Below, piece after piece: positions 1-11,882 of a stretch of 64,000 bases of DNA. Source of the stretch: Neocallimastix sp. 'constans' (taxonomy: Eukaryota); the NCBI GenBank assembly GCA_050613775.1, contig JBODTK010000115.1:1-64000 (forward strand), read 5' to 3'. The position numbers and the translations under genes were made by a program. Under the pieces are notes generated by a model, which saw nothing but the letters and a program-made list of their open reading frames with translations, was not told the origin of the DNA and did not search any database. Each line of letters starts with the position of its first letter. Position 1 is the stretch's first letter.

Positions 1-882
1 AAAAAAAAATATATATATATATATATATTATTTAAATATAATAATAGTTATTATAATAATAATATTATTATAATAATTCAAAAAAAAAAAAAAAAAAAAA
101 AAATTACATTTTAGAAGAGCACTTCCACTCAATTCTTATTTATTATTAAAATAATTACTTCCATCAAGAGAGTTTGTTCTATCTGGAAAGTCTATCAAGA
201 GGATTTTTCAAGATATTGAAAAACTTGGAATAATTAGTTTTATTCAACAATAATAAATAAGTTTTATAATTATTAATTTTAAATTTTTATTTTCTTAATA
301 TTAGAATACTAAATTCATTCAGTACCTACCATCAGGGAGAGCGGCTGTTAGATGAAAAACTCTATAGCTAAAGGCTCATCGATTGGGATAGGTGAATTAA
401 GTAATTCCGTATTATTAATTAAATAAAAATTATTATTATTAATTATTTCTAAAATCAGCATCGTCTTCCGGGAATATACAATATATGGTAATTTATTAGT
501 GGCTTGATTAAATTCAGGTATAATAAATTATTAAAATAACTTTTTATTAGAGAGTAGATAAGAGCGTTTACTTGTATAAGCGGGGGAGTAGAGCGCTATT
601 TAATAAGGTTTCAATATCAGACCTTTAATTGAAAAATCCATAAAGCCCTTGTTTCAATAGGCAGGAACAGTTAAAGGTTACTTGGAACTGACGGTTAAAT
701 AGTGGAGGTCGAAAGACGCAGAGTAAATGCTTGCGGGAATCGAAAATAATAATAAAGTTATAACATATATTTGATTGTCCCTTATTAAAATATATACAAA
801 AAAAAATATACTAATTTATATAATAATAATTCTACTAACAAGCCTTTTCTATCGCTAAAAACTATTCTTCATTTGGAATTTG

Positions 883-938
<56 letters not shown>

Positions 939-1073
939 TCATTAATATTTGTCTTCCTTTTTAATAAGATTTACTTCATCATTTTTTTAAAAATCCATAT
1001 AAAAAAAATATCTTCTATAATAATTATTTTCCTTTTAACAGGATTTACTTATCATTTATTTTTTTTGTTAAAA

Positions 1074-1114
<41 letters not shown>

Positions 1115-1181
1115 ATATATATACTTATAAATTATAAATAAATTTCCTGTAAAACACAATTTTTAAATAATATTAAATAAT

Positions 1182-1212
<31 letters not shown>

Positions 1213-1312
1213 AAATCTTCGTTTCTATAAAAGAAATTTTGTGTTCTTTATTGTTCTTTATTAATAAAAGAAAATATATAAATATATTTTCTCCATAATA
1301 TTTATCTTTCCT

Positions 1313-1347
<35 letters not shown>

Positions 1348-1466
1348 TTTTCTTTATCATTTTTTTTTGTTAAAATCTATATATATATATAAATATTAGA
1401 AAATAAATTTCATTATAAAACTATATTTTAAATAAAATAAATAAAAATAAAATATATATATATCCA

Positions 1467-1509
<43 letters not shown>

Positions 1510-1556
1510 TTTATATTCGTTTCTATTTAAGCAATTTTGTGTTCTTTTGTGTTCTT

Positions 1557-1615
<59 letters not shown>

Positions 1616-1618
<3 letters not shown>

Positions 1619-2947
1619 AAGATTAGCGAAATAGCTAAATTATTGCCACGACTTGGTAGTTTCGATAGGGACATAGAATCATGGGCTGAAGAGTTCAATA
1701 GGGTAATGGAACTCTCAGATATTGATGACCCTAGAAAAATGTTTGCTTGGGCAAAAGAATGTGTTCCTGGACGATTAAAAGGAGTAATTGAAGATCTTAA
1801 AGAAGAAGATGAAGAGGCTGAAATGATCATATATCCAAGTATTACGGATATTAAAACTGCCATTGAAAAATTTTTAGATATTACTCCTCAAGAAAAATGC
1901 TTTAACCTAAAATCACTCAAAATACAAAAGGGTGAATCAATTAAAGACTTTAACTGGAGATACGGTAAATTATACGGATCACTTACTCCAGAAAGTCAAG
2001 CATTTATTACTATTAATGATTACACGGATTCATTATTAAGTCGTCCATATGCTAGAAAGGAAGTAATAACTTCTCAACCAGCTAATTTAGAAGAAGCATT
2101 TAAAATAGCTGAACTTGCAGAGACTGCTTCTGAAATGCCCAATAGAAATAGAAATGTCGTTATGTTTACCAATACTTATGGAGGTCTAAATTCTATTTTT
2201 CCAAATAATTATAGTAATAATTATAATAATAGAAATTATGACAATCCTAATAATTATGAATACAATAATTATCGCTCTAATTATAATAATTATAACTATA
2301 ATAATTATAATAATTATAATAAAAATAATGGTTATAATCATTCAAATAATTATAATAATAATTATCGAAATTCTTATAATAATAATTATAATAACTCTAT
2401 TAATAACAGAAATATAAATCATTTCCGAAATGGTTATAATAGTGGTAATAATTATAATAACAATAATCCAAATTTTAACAACATGAATAATAATTTTAGC
2501 AATAATAAAGTACCCGGAATTAAAAATAATTTAAGAAATCAAAATTTTATGTCTAATAATATTAATCTAAATTGTTTTAAATGTCATCAACCTGGTCATA
2601 GGATGCAAGATTGTCCTTATACTTATCAAGAACTAGCTGATATGGAAGCTACTGGAAGACTTAATAACAATAATCTCTACATTACAAATAACAGCAATAC
2701 AAACAGAAATCATAACCTAAACAATAATAATAACTATGATGGTAATTATAATATTAGTAATTTAAATAGAAACTCTAATATTAATACTAATAATGTAAAT
2801 AATTATAACTCAAATGGAAACTTTAATGTTAATACTAATTATAATAATACTAGTTATAACAGTTCAAATCCTAATCATAATAACATAGATCCTATTAATA
2901 ATAACCAAAATTTCTTTAATAACAATAATCAACCTTTAAACTTCTAA
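1616..2947 (+). CDS. gag: Gag of element A (capsid-like region, Asn/Tyr-rich region, CCHC zinc knuckle)
   Basis: ATG at 1616 after a poly-A run (MKISEIAKLLPRL...); CFKCHQPGHRMQDC knuckle; lies upstream of pol. Confidence 0.9.
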
Positions 2948-2969
2948 ATGGGAGAAGGAATACTCCCAT
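2935..2969 (+). promoter_or_regulatory. -1 ribosomal frameshift signal (T TTA AAC plus stem-loop)
   Basis: Slippery heptamer 2935-2941 in the gag frame, 6-nt spacer, stem ATGGGAG/CTCCCAT. The -1 frame is open from here into the pol ORF. Confidence 0.85.
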
Positions 2970-5900
2970 AAATCAAACCAATACAACTCTTTTAACTAAT
3001 TCACTTACTGGAACTAAAGAATCTTCGAATATAGAAGATAATAAAGAAATAGCCATTGTAGCTGAAAGAAGAAGTAGAAAAACTAATGAAAATAAACCAT
3101 ATAAGAAAGCAACTAAGAAAAGTTTAAAAGAAAATCCTCAACCAATTAAAGTTCCATCAAATAATCAGGAACAAATGGAAATGGAACCAGAAAGTGAAAC
3201 TAATAGTAATAATAAAGGAAATGAAAATCAAAAAGAAACAGAAGCGTTAAATCATCTTGATCCATCTTTTATAAATGAACCCTCAATTGAAGAAGCAAAA
3301 AGAAGAAACAAGAAAGAAAGAGCAAAAGAAATAAAAGAATTAGCTAAAGAAATACAACTTCCAAGTGAAAAAAAGGTAGAAAAATCCAATAAGGAAAATA
3401 TTACAAAAAAATTAAAAATAACAGGAAATCAAGATAATTATAATATAGTGGACGATATTGGAAATAAGTTCGCTAATATTACCATCGGACAGTTGCTCAA
3501 TATCAATCCTAAATTGAGAACTGAATTATCAAAAGCCTTAAAGTTTACAACAATTATAGAAGATGAAGAAACAATCTTATCAACAATTAAGAAAGATAAG
3601 ATTGTAAAAACAAAATGTAAGGTAGAAAACGTAGAAACTACAGTATATTTAGATTCCTGTTCTTCTATTAATATGATCACCAAAACCTTCATGATAAATA
3701 ATAAAATTCCATTTAAACCAATTTCTGCTATTAAAGAAACTTTATATCAAGCTTGTACTAATACCACGCTCATCTCAAAATTATATGAAATAGAAATAAC
3801 AATTGGAAATATTACTTCTAAGGAAATCTTTAGATTGGTTGAAAAAGATGATATTTTCCAAGTATTAATTGGTGTGGATGCGCTAGCTAGAATGAAGATT
3901 ATTATGGACTTCTCTGATCACACCTTGTATCAAAAAACAGATGAGATACGAAAGATAGGAAGTTTTGAAAGTGTGACGGAAATAGAAGATGAAGAAGATG
4001 ATATTAAAGATGAATTCGAAGAAGAATTGAATAAAGATGTGCTAGTTGATTATTTATTAACCACCGAAGATAAATATATTCAAATTTTATATGAAGAAAA
4101 TAATGATAATAATGATATTGATAATTCCTTTGGAAATCATAATGATAAAGATGGAAATAATTTTTGCAATATAAATAATAATGATAATTATTTAAAGAAT
4201 GTATTTGGATGTAAAATTAATAATGATAAAATTTCTAAAATTTATAATAATAATTGTTCTTCTAATAAAGATATTAATAATAATAATACTAACAAAAATT
4301 TTAATACTATAAATAATCATGATAATCCAAATGAAATTAATATCGATAATAATAATAATATCGAAAATTTTTCTAATAAAAATTTTTCTAGTAAAAATCT
4401 ATCTAATAAAAATTTTAATAGTAAAAATTTTTCTAATAAAATTTTTAATAATAGAATTAATAATATTTTTGAAAAACCTATTAATAAAAATAATATCAAT
4501 AATTCGATTAGTATTAATAATAAAAATTGTTCTTCTGAAAATTTTAATAATAAAAATAATATTAATAATTTCTCTAAAAATTTATATGATGTTAATAATA
4601 CTGATAATATTTCTAAAGATTTAGATAATATTAATAATATTTATGAAAACTTAAATAGCATTAATAATACTAATAATCCTTATAATATTTTTGGAAATAA
4701 AAATAATATTAATAATTTTTCTGAAATTTTTAATAAAAATAATATTAATAATCTTTCTGAAAACCTTAATAAAAATAATATTAATAATCTTTCTGAAAAC
4801 CTTAATAAAAATAATATTAATACTGATAAACCTTCTGAAAATTTTTGTAATGATAATAATGATAATATAGTTTCTAAAGATGTTGATAATACTATTAGTG
4901 ATAAAAATTTTTCCACAATTTTTAATGAAGATGTTAATAATAAAAATTCTTTCGAAATTAATCATCATGTTAAAGATATTAATGATTTCGTTATAAGTGG
5001 TAACAAAAAAGATAATAAAAATTCTTTACAAAATAATTATTCTTTATTAACAAAAATAAATGAAATTAATGATAAAAAGAATTATGAAAACAGTGTAATC
5101 AAAAATATTGATATTTCTATTGAAAATACTGTTAAGAATTTTAAAAGTGTAAAGGAAATAACTATTCATGAAATTGCGGCGAAAGCACCAACAAAAATTA
5201 GAAATAAACTAAAGTTTTTATTATTAAATAATATAAATGTATTAGCACTTGATACAGATGATTTAGGTAAATCGAAATTACTAAGTCATAAAATAAAAAT
5301 CATAAGTGGTCGAATGCCAATTAAACAAAGAATGTATCGAGTAGCAAATAAGAAGCAAATGAGTATACTAAGAGAAGAAATAAGTAAATTATTAAGAAAT
5401 GGATTGATAGAACCTTCAAAATCATCATGGTCGTTCCCAGTTATTCTCGTTCCTAAAAAGAATGGTAAATGGAGAATGGTAGTGGATTATAGAAAATTAA
5501 ATGATATTACTATTAAAGACGCATATCCTTTACCTTATATAGAAGAAATATTATTTTCTATAGGCAATAAAGTTAAGTACTTAACCACGCTTGACTTATT
5601 TTCTGGTTTCCATCAGATTCCTATGGAAAAAGAAGACAGAGATAAAACTTGCTTTACAACAATGTTTGGAAATTATAATTACAAAGTTATGCCATTCGGA
5701 CTTTGTAATGCTCCTGCAACTTTCCAACGTGAAATGAACAGAATATTCTTGCCTTTAATTGGTAAATGTATGTTCATTTATATGGATGATTTAGTAATAT
5801 TTTCTGATACCTTAGAACAACACATATTGGATCTACAAAAAGTTTTTGATATTATTAAAGAAAATGGTCTAAAGGCTAATTTATCAAAATGCCATTTTAT

Positions 5901-8520
5901 TAAACAAGAAGTTGAAGTATTAGGCCATATTTTATCCACAGAAGGTATAAAGCCAGTACCCAAAAAGGTAGATGTAATATCCAAATGGGAATCACCTAAA
6001 AATATTACTCAATTAAGATCTTTCTTAGGTGCAATTGGATATTATAGAAAATTTATTAAAGATTTTGCTATAATTGCTCAACCATTATTTAAACTATTAA
6101 AGAAAAATATAAAATATATCTGGGATGATATAACTGAAGAAAGATTTAAAATTCTTAAGGAAAAACTTATTGAAGCTCCTATTCTTAAATATCCAGATTA
6201 TGATAAACAATTTTTAATTAGAACGGATGCTTCATTAGATGGAATAGGTGGTGTATTAATGCAGAAAGATAAAGATAACATCGAACATCCAATTCAATAC
6301 ATTAGTAGATCTTTAAAACCTACTGAAATAAATTATAGTATTACTGATTTAGAAGGCACAGCTGCTTATTATTGTTGTTTAAAATTTAAACCATATTTTA
6401 GTGGTAATAAATTTGATACTATTTTATATACTGATCATAAACCTTTAATAGGCTTATTTAATAATAAAGAACCAAATAATGCTCGTCAAGCTAGATGGGT
6501 TATAACTTTTAGTATGTTAAAAATTGTAGTTAAATATGAACAAGGAAAGAAAAATGTTATTGCTGATGCACTTTCTCGATTAATTCCTGACTCTAAAAAT
6601 ATTAATAAAGAAATTAAAAATAATACTTTGTTTATTCATTTGAATAATAATGAAAATATTAATTACGATTCTATTGAAAATATAAATAGAATGAATAATA
6701 CAAATAAAAATGATTATCCTTTAAATAATATTTCTGAAGAAAATAATTACGTTAATTTTAATAAAAATAATTTAGATAATAATATAATTAATTCTTTAAA
6801 TAAATTAAATAATAATAATAATAATAATAATAATAATTATATTTTTAAAAATTTAAATAATAATTCCAGTGTTAATAGTTATTATGAAAAATTTAATAAT
6901 AATAATAATAATAATGACAAAAATTTTTATTTAGAAAATTTTAATAATAATTGTAATAATAGTAGTAACGATATTAAAAATTTTTCAAAGGAATTTTGTA
7001 ACCTTAATCAAAATAATATTAAAAATTTTTCTGAAAAACTTAATTATAACAATATTAATAAAAATTGTATTAAAAATTTTTATGAAAATAATTTTGATAA
7101 AAATCCTTTAATTGATATTTCTGAAAATTCTTATAATAAAAATCTTAATATATGTAATTCTAAAATTAATGATAACTATAATGAAAATAATATTAATTTA
7201 AATAAAAGTAAAGATAATAATAATTTGGAAAATTATTATATTTTAAATAAAGATTCCATTGAAAATAATTTTAATGAAAATGAAATAATTTTTGTTACAA
7301 CTAATGATGACAGTAATAATACTGAAGTTGAAGAATTAAATAATAGTATTGCTATTAAAGAATATTTGAAAAAGAAAATAATTATTATAGATAATATTAA
7401 ATATTTTAAAGACGGAGAAAATATTCGTAAATTTGTCGAAAACAAAGAAGAGAAAATAGAACTATTATTAGCTGCGCATAGTGTTGGACATGAAGGCTAT
7501 TATAAAACATACGATAGACTTAAAAGGAAATATTATTGGGAAAACATGTCCAAAGATGTAGAATTACTTGTTAAAACTTGCCATGATTGTCAAATGAACA
7601 GACCACAACCAATTAATAGAGGTACTGAATCATTTGCTACTAAACCAGGTTTACCCTTTACTCGAGTTGGTTTAGACATTATAGGACCCTTACCTATCAC
7701 TAAATCAAATAATAAATACATAATTGTTTTAGTTGATTATTTTACAAAATGGGTAGAAGCCGAACCATTTCCTACAATTGAATCTAAAGACGTTATTAAG
7801 TTTCTTACTAATGTATTTTCTCGACATGGCATTCCTGAAATTTTAATCACTGATAATGGTCCGCAATTTACTTCCAATGCTACAAAAGGATTTTTAGATT
7901 TATATAATGTTTATGTTCATTACATCAGTACTTACCATCCTGAAAGTAATGGCCAAGTTGAAAATAGAAATAGAGAAATTATAAAATATATTAGACTACT
8001 TGGAGGAACAGAAAAGAATTGGGATGAAATTCTTCCAGTTGCTTTATGGGCCTTAAGAACTTGCAAAAGTGAAGTTACAAAATTTTCTAGTTTTGAACTC
8101 TTATATGGTAGAACTGATCTACAACCATTCGAATTAACAATTGCATATAATGATAGAAATATAAATGAAACCTTTGATGAATATTTAATTAGAAAATTTA
8201 CAACTCATCATAAATGGATTATGGAAGCCACTGCTAATATTGATAATGCTAATAAATTATGGGAAAATAGAAGAAAACAACAAAAATCTATGAATACTGT
8301 TTTTGAACCAGGGGACTTAGTTTTAGTTAGAAATTTCTCAAGAAGAAAGTTAGACCCCTTTTACACTGGTCCTTTTAGAATTGTTCAAATGAATTATAAT
8401 ACCGCTTGTATTTGTGATATTTACACTGGTGAAATAGCTGACAGAAATGTACACCAGAAAAATCTTGTTCATTATTATACTTGGTATAATCAGACTTCAG
8501 GGGACGAAGTCTCATCTTAA
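2935..8520 (+). CDS. pol: Pol of element A (PR, RT, RNase H, integrase), expressed by -1 frameshift
   Basis: PR YLDSCS; RT WRMVVDYRKLN, MPFGL, YMDD; RNaseH TDAS, TDHKPL; IN H...GH...C..C, GLDIIGP, TDNG, NGQVE, GPF. No stops. Confidence 0.95.
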   Translation, partial: FKLLNGRRNTPINQTNTTLLTNSLTGTKESSNIEDNKEIAIVAERRSRKTNENKPYKKATKKSLKENPQPIKVPSNNQEQMEMEPESETNSNNKGNENQKETEALNHLDPSFINEPSIEEAKRRNKKERAKEIKELAKEIQLPSEKKVEKSNKENITKKLKITGNQDNYNIVDDIGNKFANITIGQLLNINPKLRTELSKALKFTTIIEDEETILSTIKKDKIVKTKCKVENVETTVYLDSCSSINMITKTFMINNKIPFKPISAIKETLYQACTNTTLISKLYEIEITIGNITSKEIFRLVEKDDIFQVLIGVDALARMKIIMDFSDHTLYQKTDEIRKIGSFESVTEIEDEEDDIKDEFEEELNKDVLVDYLLTTEDKYIQILYEENNDNNDIDNSFGNHNDKDGNNFCNINNNDNYLKNVFGCKINNDKISKIYNNNCSSNKDINNNNTNKNFNTINNHDNPNEINIDNNNNIENFSNKNFSSKNLSNKNFNSKNFSNKIFNNRINNIFEKPINKNNINNSISINNKNCSSENFNNKNNINNFSKNLYDVNNTDNISKDLDNINNIYENLNSINNTNNPYNIFGNKNNINNFSEIFNKNNINNLSENLNKNNINNLSENLNKNNINTDKPSENFCNDNNDNIVSKDVDNTISDKNFSTIFNEDVNNKNSFEINHHVKDINDFVISGNKKDNKNSLQNNYSLLTKINEINDKKNYENSVIKNIDISIENTVKNFKSVKEITIHEIAAKAPTKIRNKLKFLLLNNINVLALDTDDLGKSKLLSHKIKIISGRMPIKQRMYRVANKKQMSILREEISKLLRNGLIEPSKSSWSFPVILVPKKNGKWRMVVDYRKLNDITIKDAYPLPYIEEILFSIGNKVKYLTTLDLFSGFHQIPMEKEDRDKTCFTTMFGNYNYKVMPFGLCNAPATFQREMNRIFLPLIGKCMFIYMDDLVIFSDTLEQHILDLQKVFDIIKENGLKANLSKCHFIKQEVEVLGHILSTEGIKPVPKKVDVISKWESPKNITQLRSFLGAIGYYRKFIKDFAIIAQPLFKLLKKNIKYIWDDITEERFKILKEKLIEAPILKYPDYDKQFLIRTDASLDGIGGVLMQKDKDNIEHPIQYISRSLKPTEINYSITDLEGTAAYYCCLKFKPYFSGNKFDTILYTDHKPLIGLFNNKEPNNARQARWVITFSMLKIVVKYEQGKKNVIADALSRLIPDSKNINKEIKNNTLFIHLNNNENINYDSIENINRMNNTNKNDYPLNNISEENNYVNFNKNNLDNNIINSLNKLNNNNNNNNNNYIFKNLNNNSSVNSYYEKFNNNNNNNDKNFYLENFNNNCNNSSNDIKNFSKEFCNLNQNNIKNFSEKLNYNNINKNCIKNFYENNFDKNPLIDISENSYNKNLNICNSKINDNYNENNINLNKSKDNNNLENYYILNKDSIENNFNENEIIFVTTNDDSNNTEVEELNNSIAIKEYLKKKIIIIDNIKYFKDGENIRKFVENKEEKIELLLAAHSVGHEGYYKTYDRLKRKYYWENMSKDVELLVKTCHDCQMNRPQPINRGTESFATKPGLPFTRVGLDIIGPLPITKSNNKYIIVLVDYFTKWVEAEPFPTIESKDVIKFLTNVFSRHGIPEILITDNGPQFTSNATKGFLDLYNVYVHYISTYHPESNGQVENRNREIIKYIRLLGGTEKNWDEILPVALWALRTCKSEVTKFSSFELLYGRTDLQPFELTIAYNDRNINETFDEYLIRKFTTHHKWIMEATANIDNANKLWENRRKQQKSMNTVFEPGDLVLVRNFSRRKLDPFYTGPFRIVQMNYNTACICDIYTGEIADRNVHQKNLVHYYTWYNQTSGDEVSS

Positions 8521-8532
8521 GCGGGGAGATTA

Positions 8533-10589
8533 TGATACGGGGTGTCACTAAATACCTTGTATTTCCTATTAAATACTCTTAATAATAATAAAATAAAATT
8601 ATTATTAAATATTCTTATTAAAATCTTTTATTAATATCAAATATAATAAAAATTATTATTAAATATTCTTATAAATTTCTTTTATTAATATTAAATATAA
8701 TAAAAATTATTATTAAATATTCTTATAAATTTCTTTTATTAATATTAAATATAATAAAAATTATTAAATATTCTAATAAAAATCTTTTATTAATATCAAA
8801 TATAATAAAAATTATTATTAAATATTCTTATTAAAATCTTTTATAATAAAAATTATTATTAAATATTCTTATATAATTCTTTTATTAATATTAAATATAA
8901 TAAAAATTATTATTAAATATTCTTATTAAAATCTTTTATAATAAAAATTATTATTAAATATTCTTATAAAATTCTTTTATTAATATTAAATATAATAAAA
9001 ATTATTATTAAATATTCTTATTAAAATCTTTTATTAATATCAAATATAATAAAAATTATTAAATATTCTAATAAAAATCTTTTATTAATATTAAATATAA
9101 TAAAAATTATTATTAAATATTCTTATTAAAATCTTTTATAATAAAAATTATTATTAAATATTCTTATAAAATTCTTTTATTAATATTAAATATAATAAAA
9201 ATTATTATTAAATATTCTTATTAAAATCTTTTATTAATATCAAATATAATAAAAATTATTAAATATTCTAATAAAAATCTATTATTAATATTAAATATAA
9301 TAAAAATTATTATTAAATATTCTTATTAAAATCTTTTATAATAAAAATTATTATTAAATATTCTTATAAAATTCTTTTATTAATATTAAATATAATAAAA
9401 ATTATTATTAAATATTCTTATTAAAATCTTTTATTAATATCAAATATAATAAAAATTATTAAATATTCTAATAAAAATCTTTTATTAATATTAAATATAA
9501 TAAAAATTATTATTAAATATTCTTATTAAAATCTTTTATAATAAAAATTATTATTAAATATTCTTATAAAATTCTTTTATTAATATCAAATCTAATAAAA
9601 ATTATTATTAAATATTCTTATTAAAATCTTTTATTAATATCAAATATGATAAAAATTATTATTAAATATTCTTATAAATTTCTTTTATTAATATCAAATA
9701 TAATAAAAATTATTATTAAATATTCTTATTAAAATCTTTTATAATAAAAATTATTATTAAATATTCTTATAAAATTCTTTTATTAATATTAAATATAATA
9801 AAAATTATTATTAAATATTCTTATTAAAATCTTTTATTAATATCAAATCTAATAAAAATAATTATTAAATATTTTATTAATATTAAATATAATAAAAATT
9901 ATTACTAAATATTCTTATTAAAAATTATATAATATTTAAATCATTACTAATTCTTATTTTTATATTAAGAATAATAAAAACCTATTTCAATAAATATTTG
10001 ATGTAAAATACAGAATTATAAGTTTCTGTATAATATTTTCTAAAACCTTTGAAATAAACTAAAAATAAAACAAAATTAAAAATAAATTAAATCTTTATTA
10101 AAATAAAAATGAACTAAAATACAGAAGAATTCCAATAATAAAAATGATCTAAAATACAGAAAATATCAATTCTGTATAATTTTCTCTCTGAATAACAATA
10201 TCATGAAGAAGCTACCGCCTGGAATGCCCTTCGTGATACAAGCTCCAAATTAATTTTTTTATATTTTTATTTAATAAATGTTATTTTTTTTTTTTTAAAA
10301 AATAATTTAAAATAATAGTTAAAAATTAAAATAAAATAGTTATAATAGTTTTTTTTTTTATAAAGAATATATTAATAATAAATAAAATGTATTAAAATAA
10401 AAGTATAAAAAGAAGAATAAATTTCTTTCTTTTTAATACTTGGAACAAATAATTTTAATTTTAAATTTAAATAAAGAATATTTTAAAATTTAATTTTTTT
10501 TCTTGTTTCCAAATTTATTTTTATAGTTATGTGTTAATATTTATTTTTTTGTTTTGAATATCTTAGTGTTTCAACCCCAGCCCGTATCA
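8533..10589 (+). repeat. 3' LTR of element A (family L1) with internal minisatellite
   Basis: 9-bp terminal inverted repeat TGATACGGG/CCCGTATCA; follows the PPT; two more copies at 19613 and 27820. Confidence 0.9.
8585..9925. repeat. AT-rich tandem array (about 40-55 bp monomers, 200-bp higher-order period) inside the LTR
   Basis: Repeated ATAATAAAAATTATTATTAAATATTCTTA core; variant AAATATTCTAATAAAAATCT recurs at 9061, 9261 and 9461. Confidence 0.9.
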
Positions 10590-10606
10590 CTGAAGATTTC
10601 GTTACA

Positions 10607-11550
10607 TGTGTAAAATAAAATAATAGCTTAGGTCGGCGAGGACAGACTATAATTTATTTTACACTATTTTATTATATCAACACTATAATTAATTATTAAC
10701 TAAAACACTAAAACTAAAAAACTAATTTAATTTTTTGTTTTATAAAAAAAATCCTTTTATTAATATTTCTTATTTGTTGAATTTAACTATTCTAAAATCA
10801 ACAATCACTTAACTGGGTACCGTAGGGTCCTTTACCGGAAAGCCTACTAGCAGTTAAGATTTTAAAATAAAATTTAAAATAAAACTTGTTTTATAAAAGA
10901 TAACTATTCTAATAATAGTTATAATACTAATTAATAAAATATAAAATTTGTACTATCTATCTTATTTATAATATTTCCTATACTATTCTATTTTCTAACT
11001 AAACTATACTAATCTATACTATTTTCCAACTATCGTTCAATAGTTGAAAATTAACTCTTTTTATACTTTTTGAAAATTAAAATTTAAATTGAATAGATTG
11101 TAATAAACTAACTAAAATATTATTATATATTTGTAATTACATTTAATAATAAATTACATGAATTTTTATGAGTTATTTTAATATAAAAACTATTTAAAAC
11201 TATCTAATATTTCTAAAATAAATAAACAAAACGGCAAGTTTTTGTAAACAAACGGAAAAGGCAATTTTTCTTTGATTATTTTAATTTAACTAATTTATGA
11301 CTAATTATTTTTAATTTACAAGTTTCATGACTAATTATTTTTAATTTACAAAGTTTCATGATTCAAAGTGAGTAATAATGATGTAAATTCTCCAAATAAT
11401 TTAGTCATACATTTTTGAGAAAATTAATTAAATTAATAATTTGGAATACATTTAAATTTATATTAAAAATTTGGAAAACATTTTTATCCACAATAATTTA
11501 CATTACATTACATTTAAATATGTATTCAAATTATTAAATATTTTACAACA
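10607..11550 (-). repeat. 3' LTR of chromovirus element B
   Basis: Termini TGTGTAAAA...TTTTACAACA; purine-rich GGAGGCGGACCA on the minus strand immediately internal (11551-11562). Confidence 0.65.
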
Positions 11551-11882
11551 TGGTCCGCCTCCAGGATTCGGATACCAGACGAATCTAACAGTTAGGCATA
11601 ACTTATACTAAAATTAAGCAAACTAAACTAAACTAAACTAAATTAAACTAAACTAAACTAAAATAAAATAAAATAAAAATAATAATTAACCATTTTATAG
11701 TACGAACTTTTTTGAATAAAATTACATGATATTAATAAAGTTACATGAATATAATATATAATAAGAATACATGAATATTAATAATATTTAATAATATAAA
11801 ATAATATATAGTAATATTGATATTAATAAATTAATATAAGTTTGATATTAATAAAGTAAAGATTCATTTTCAAGTTTTAATT

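Larger units (their letters stand above)
1..10589 (+). mobile_element. Ty3/gypsy LTR retrotransposon A (5' LTR outside window); intact gag and pol, PPT, 3' LTR
   Basis: Domain order gag-PR-RT-RNaseH-IN. PPT AAGCGGGGAGA directly after the pol stop, then an LTR TGATACGGG...CCCGTATCA. The window starts inside the presumed 5' leader. Confidence 0.93.

Noticed and set aside
873..1863. Small ORFs 873-1130 and 1396-1863, and the poly-Lys N-terminus of ORF 1547
   Set aside because: Products of poly-A/T runs or antisense to gag; the plausible gag start is ATG 1616.
4317..4968. Hydrophobic Ile/Leu-rich ORFs as membrane or env-like proteins
   Set aside because: Other-frame readings of AAT-rich Asn tracts inside pol.
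8585..9925. CRISPR-like array
   Set aside because: Tandem monomers without unique spacers, inside an LTR, in a eukaryotic context with no cas genes.
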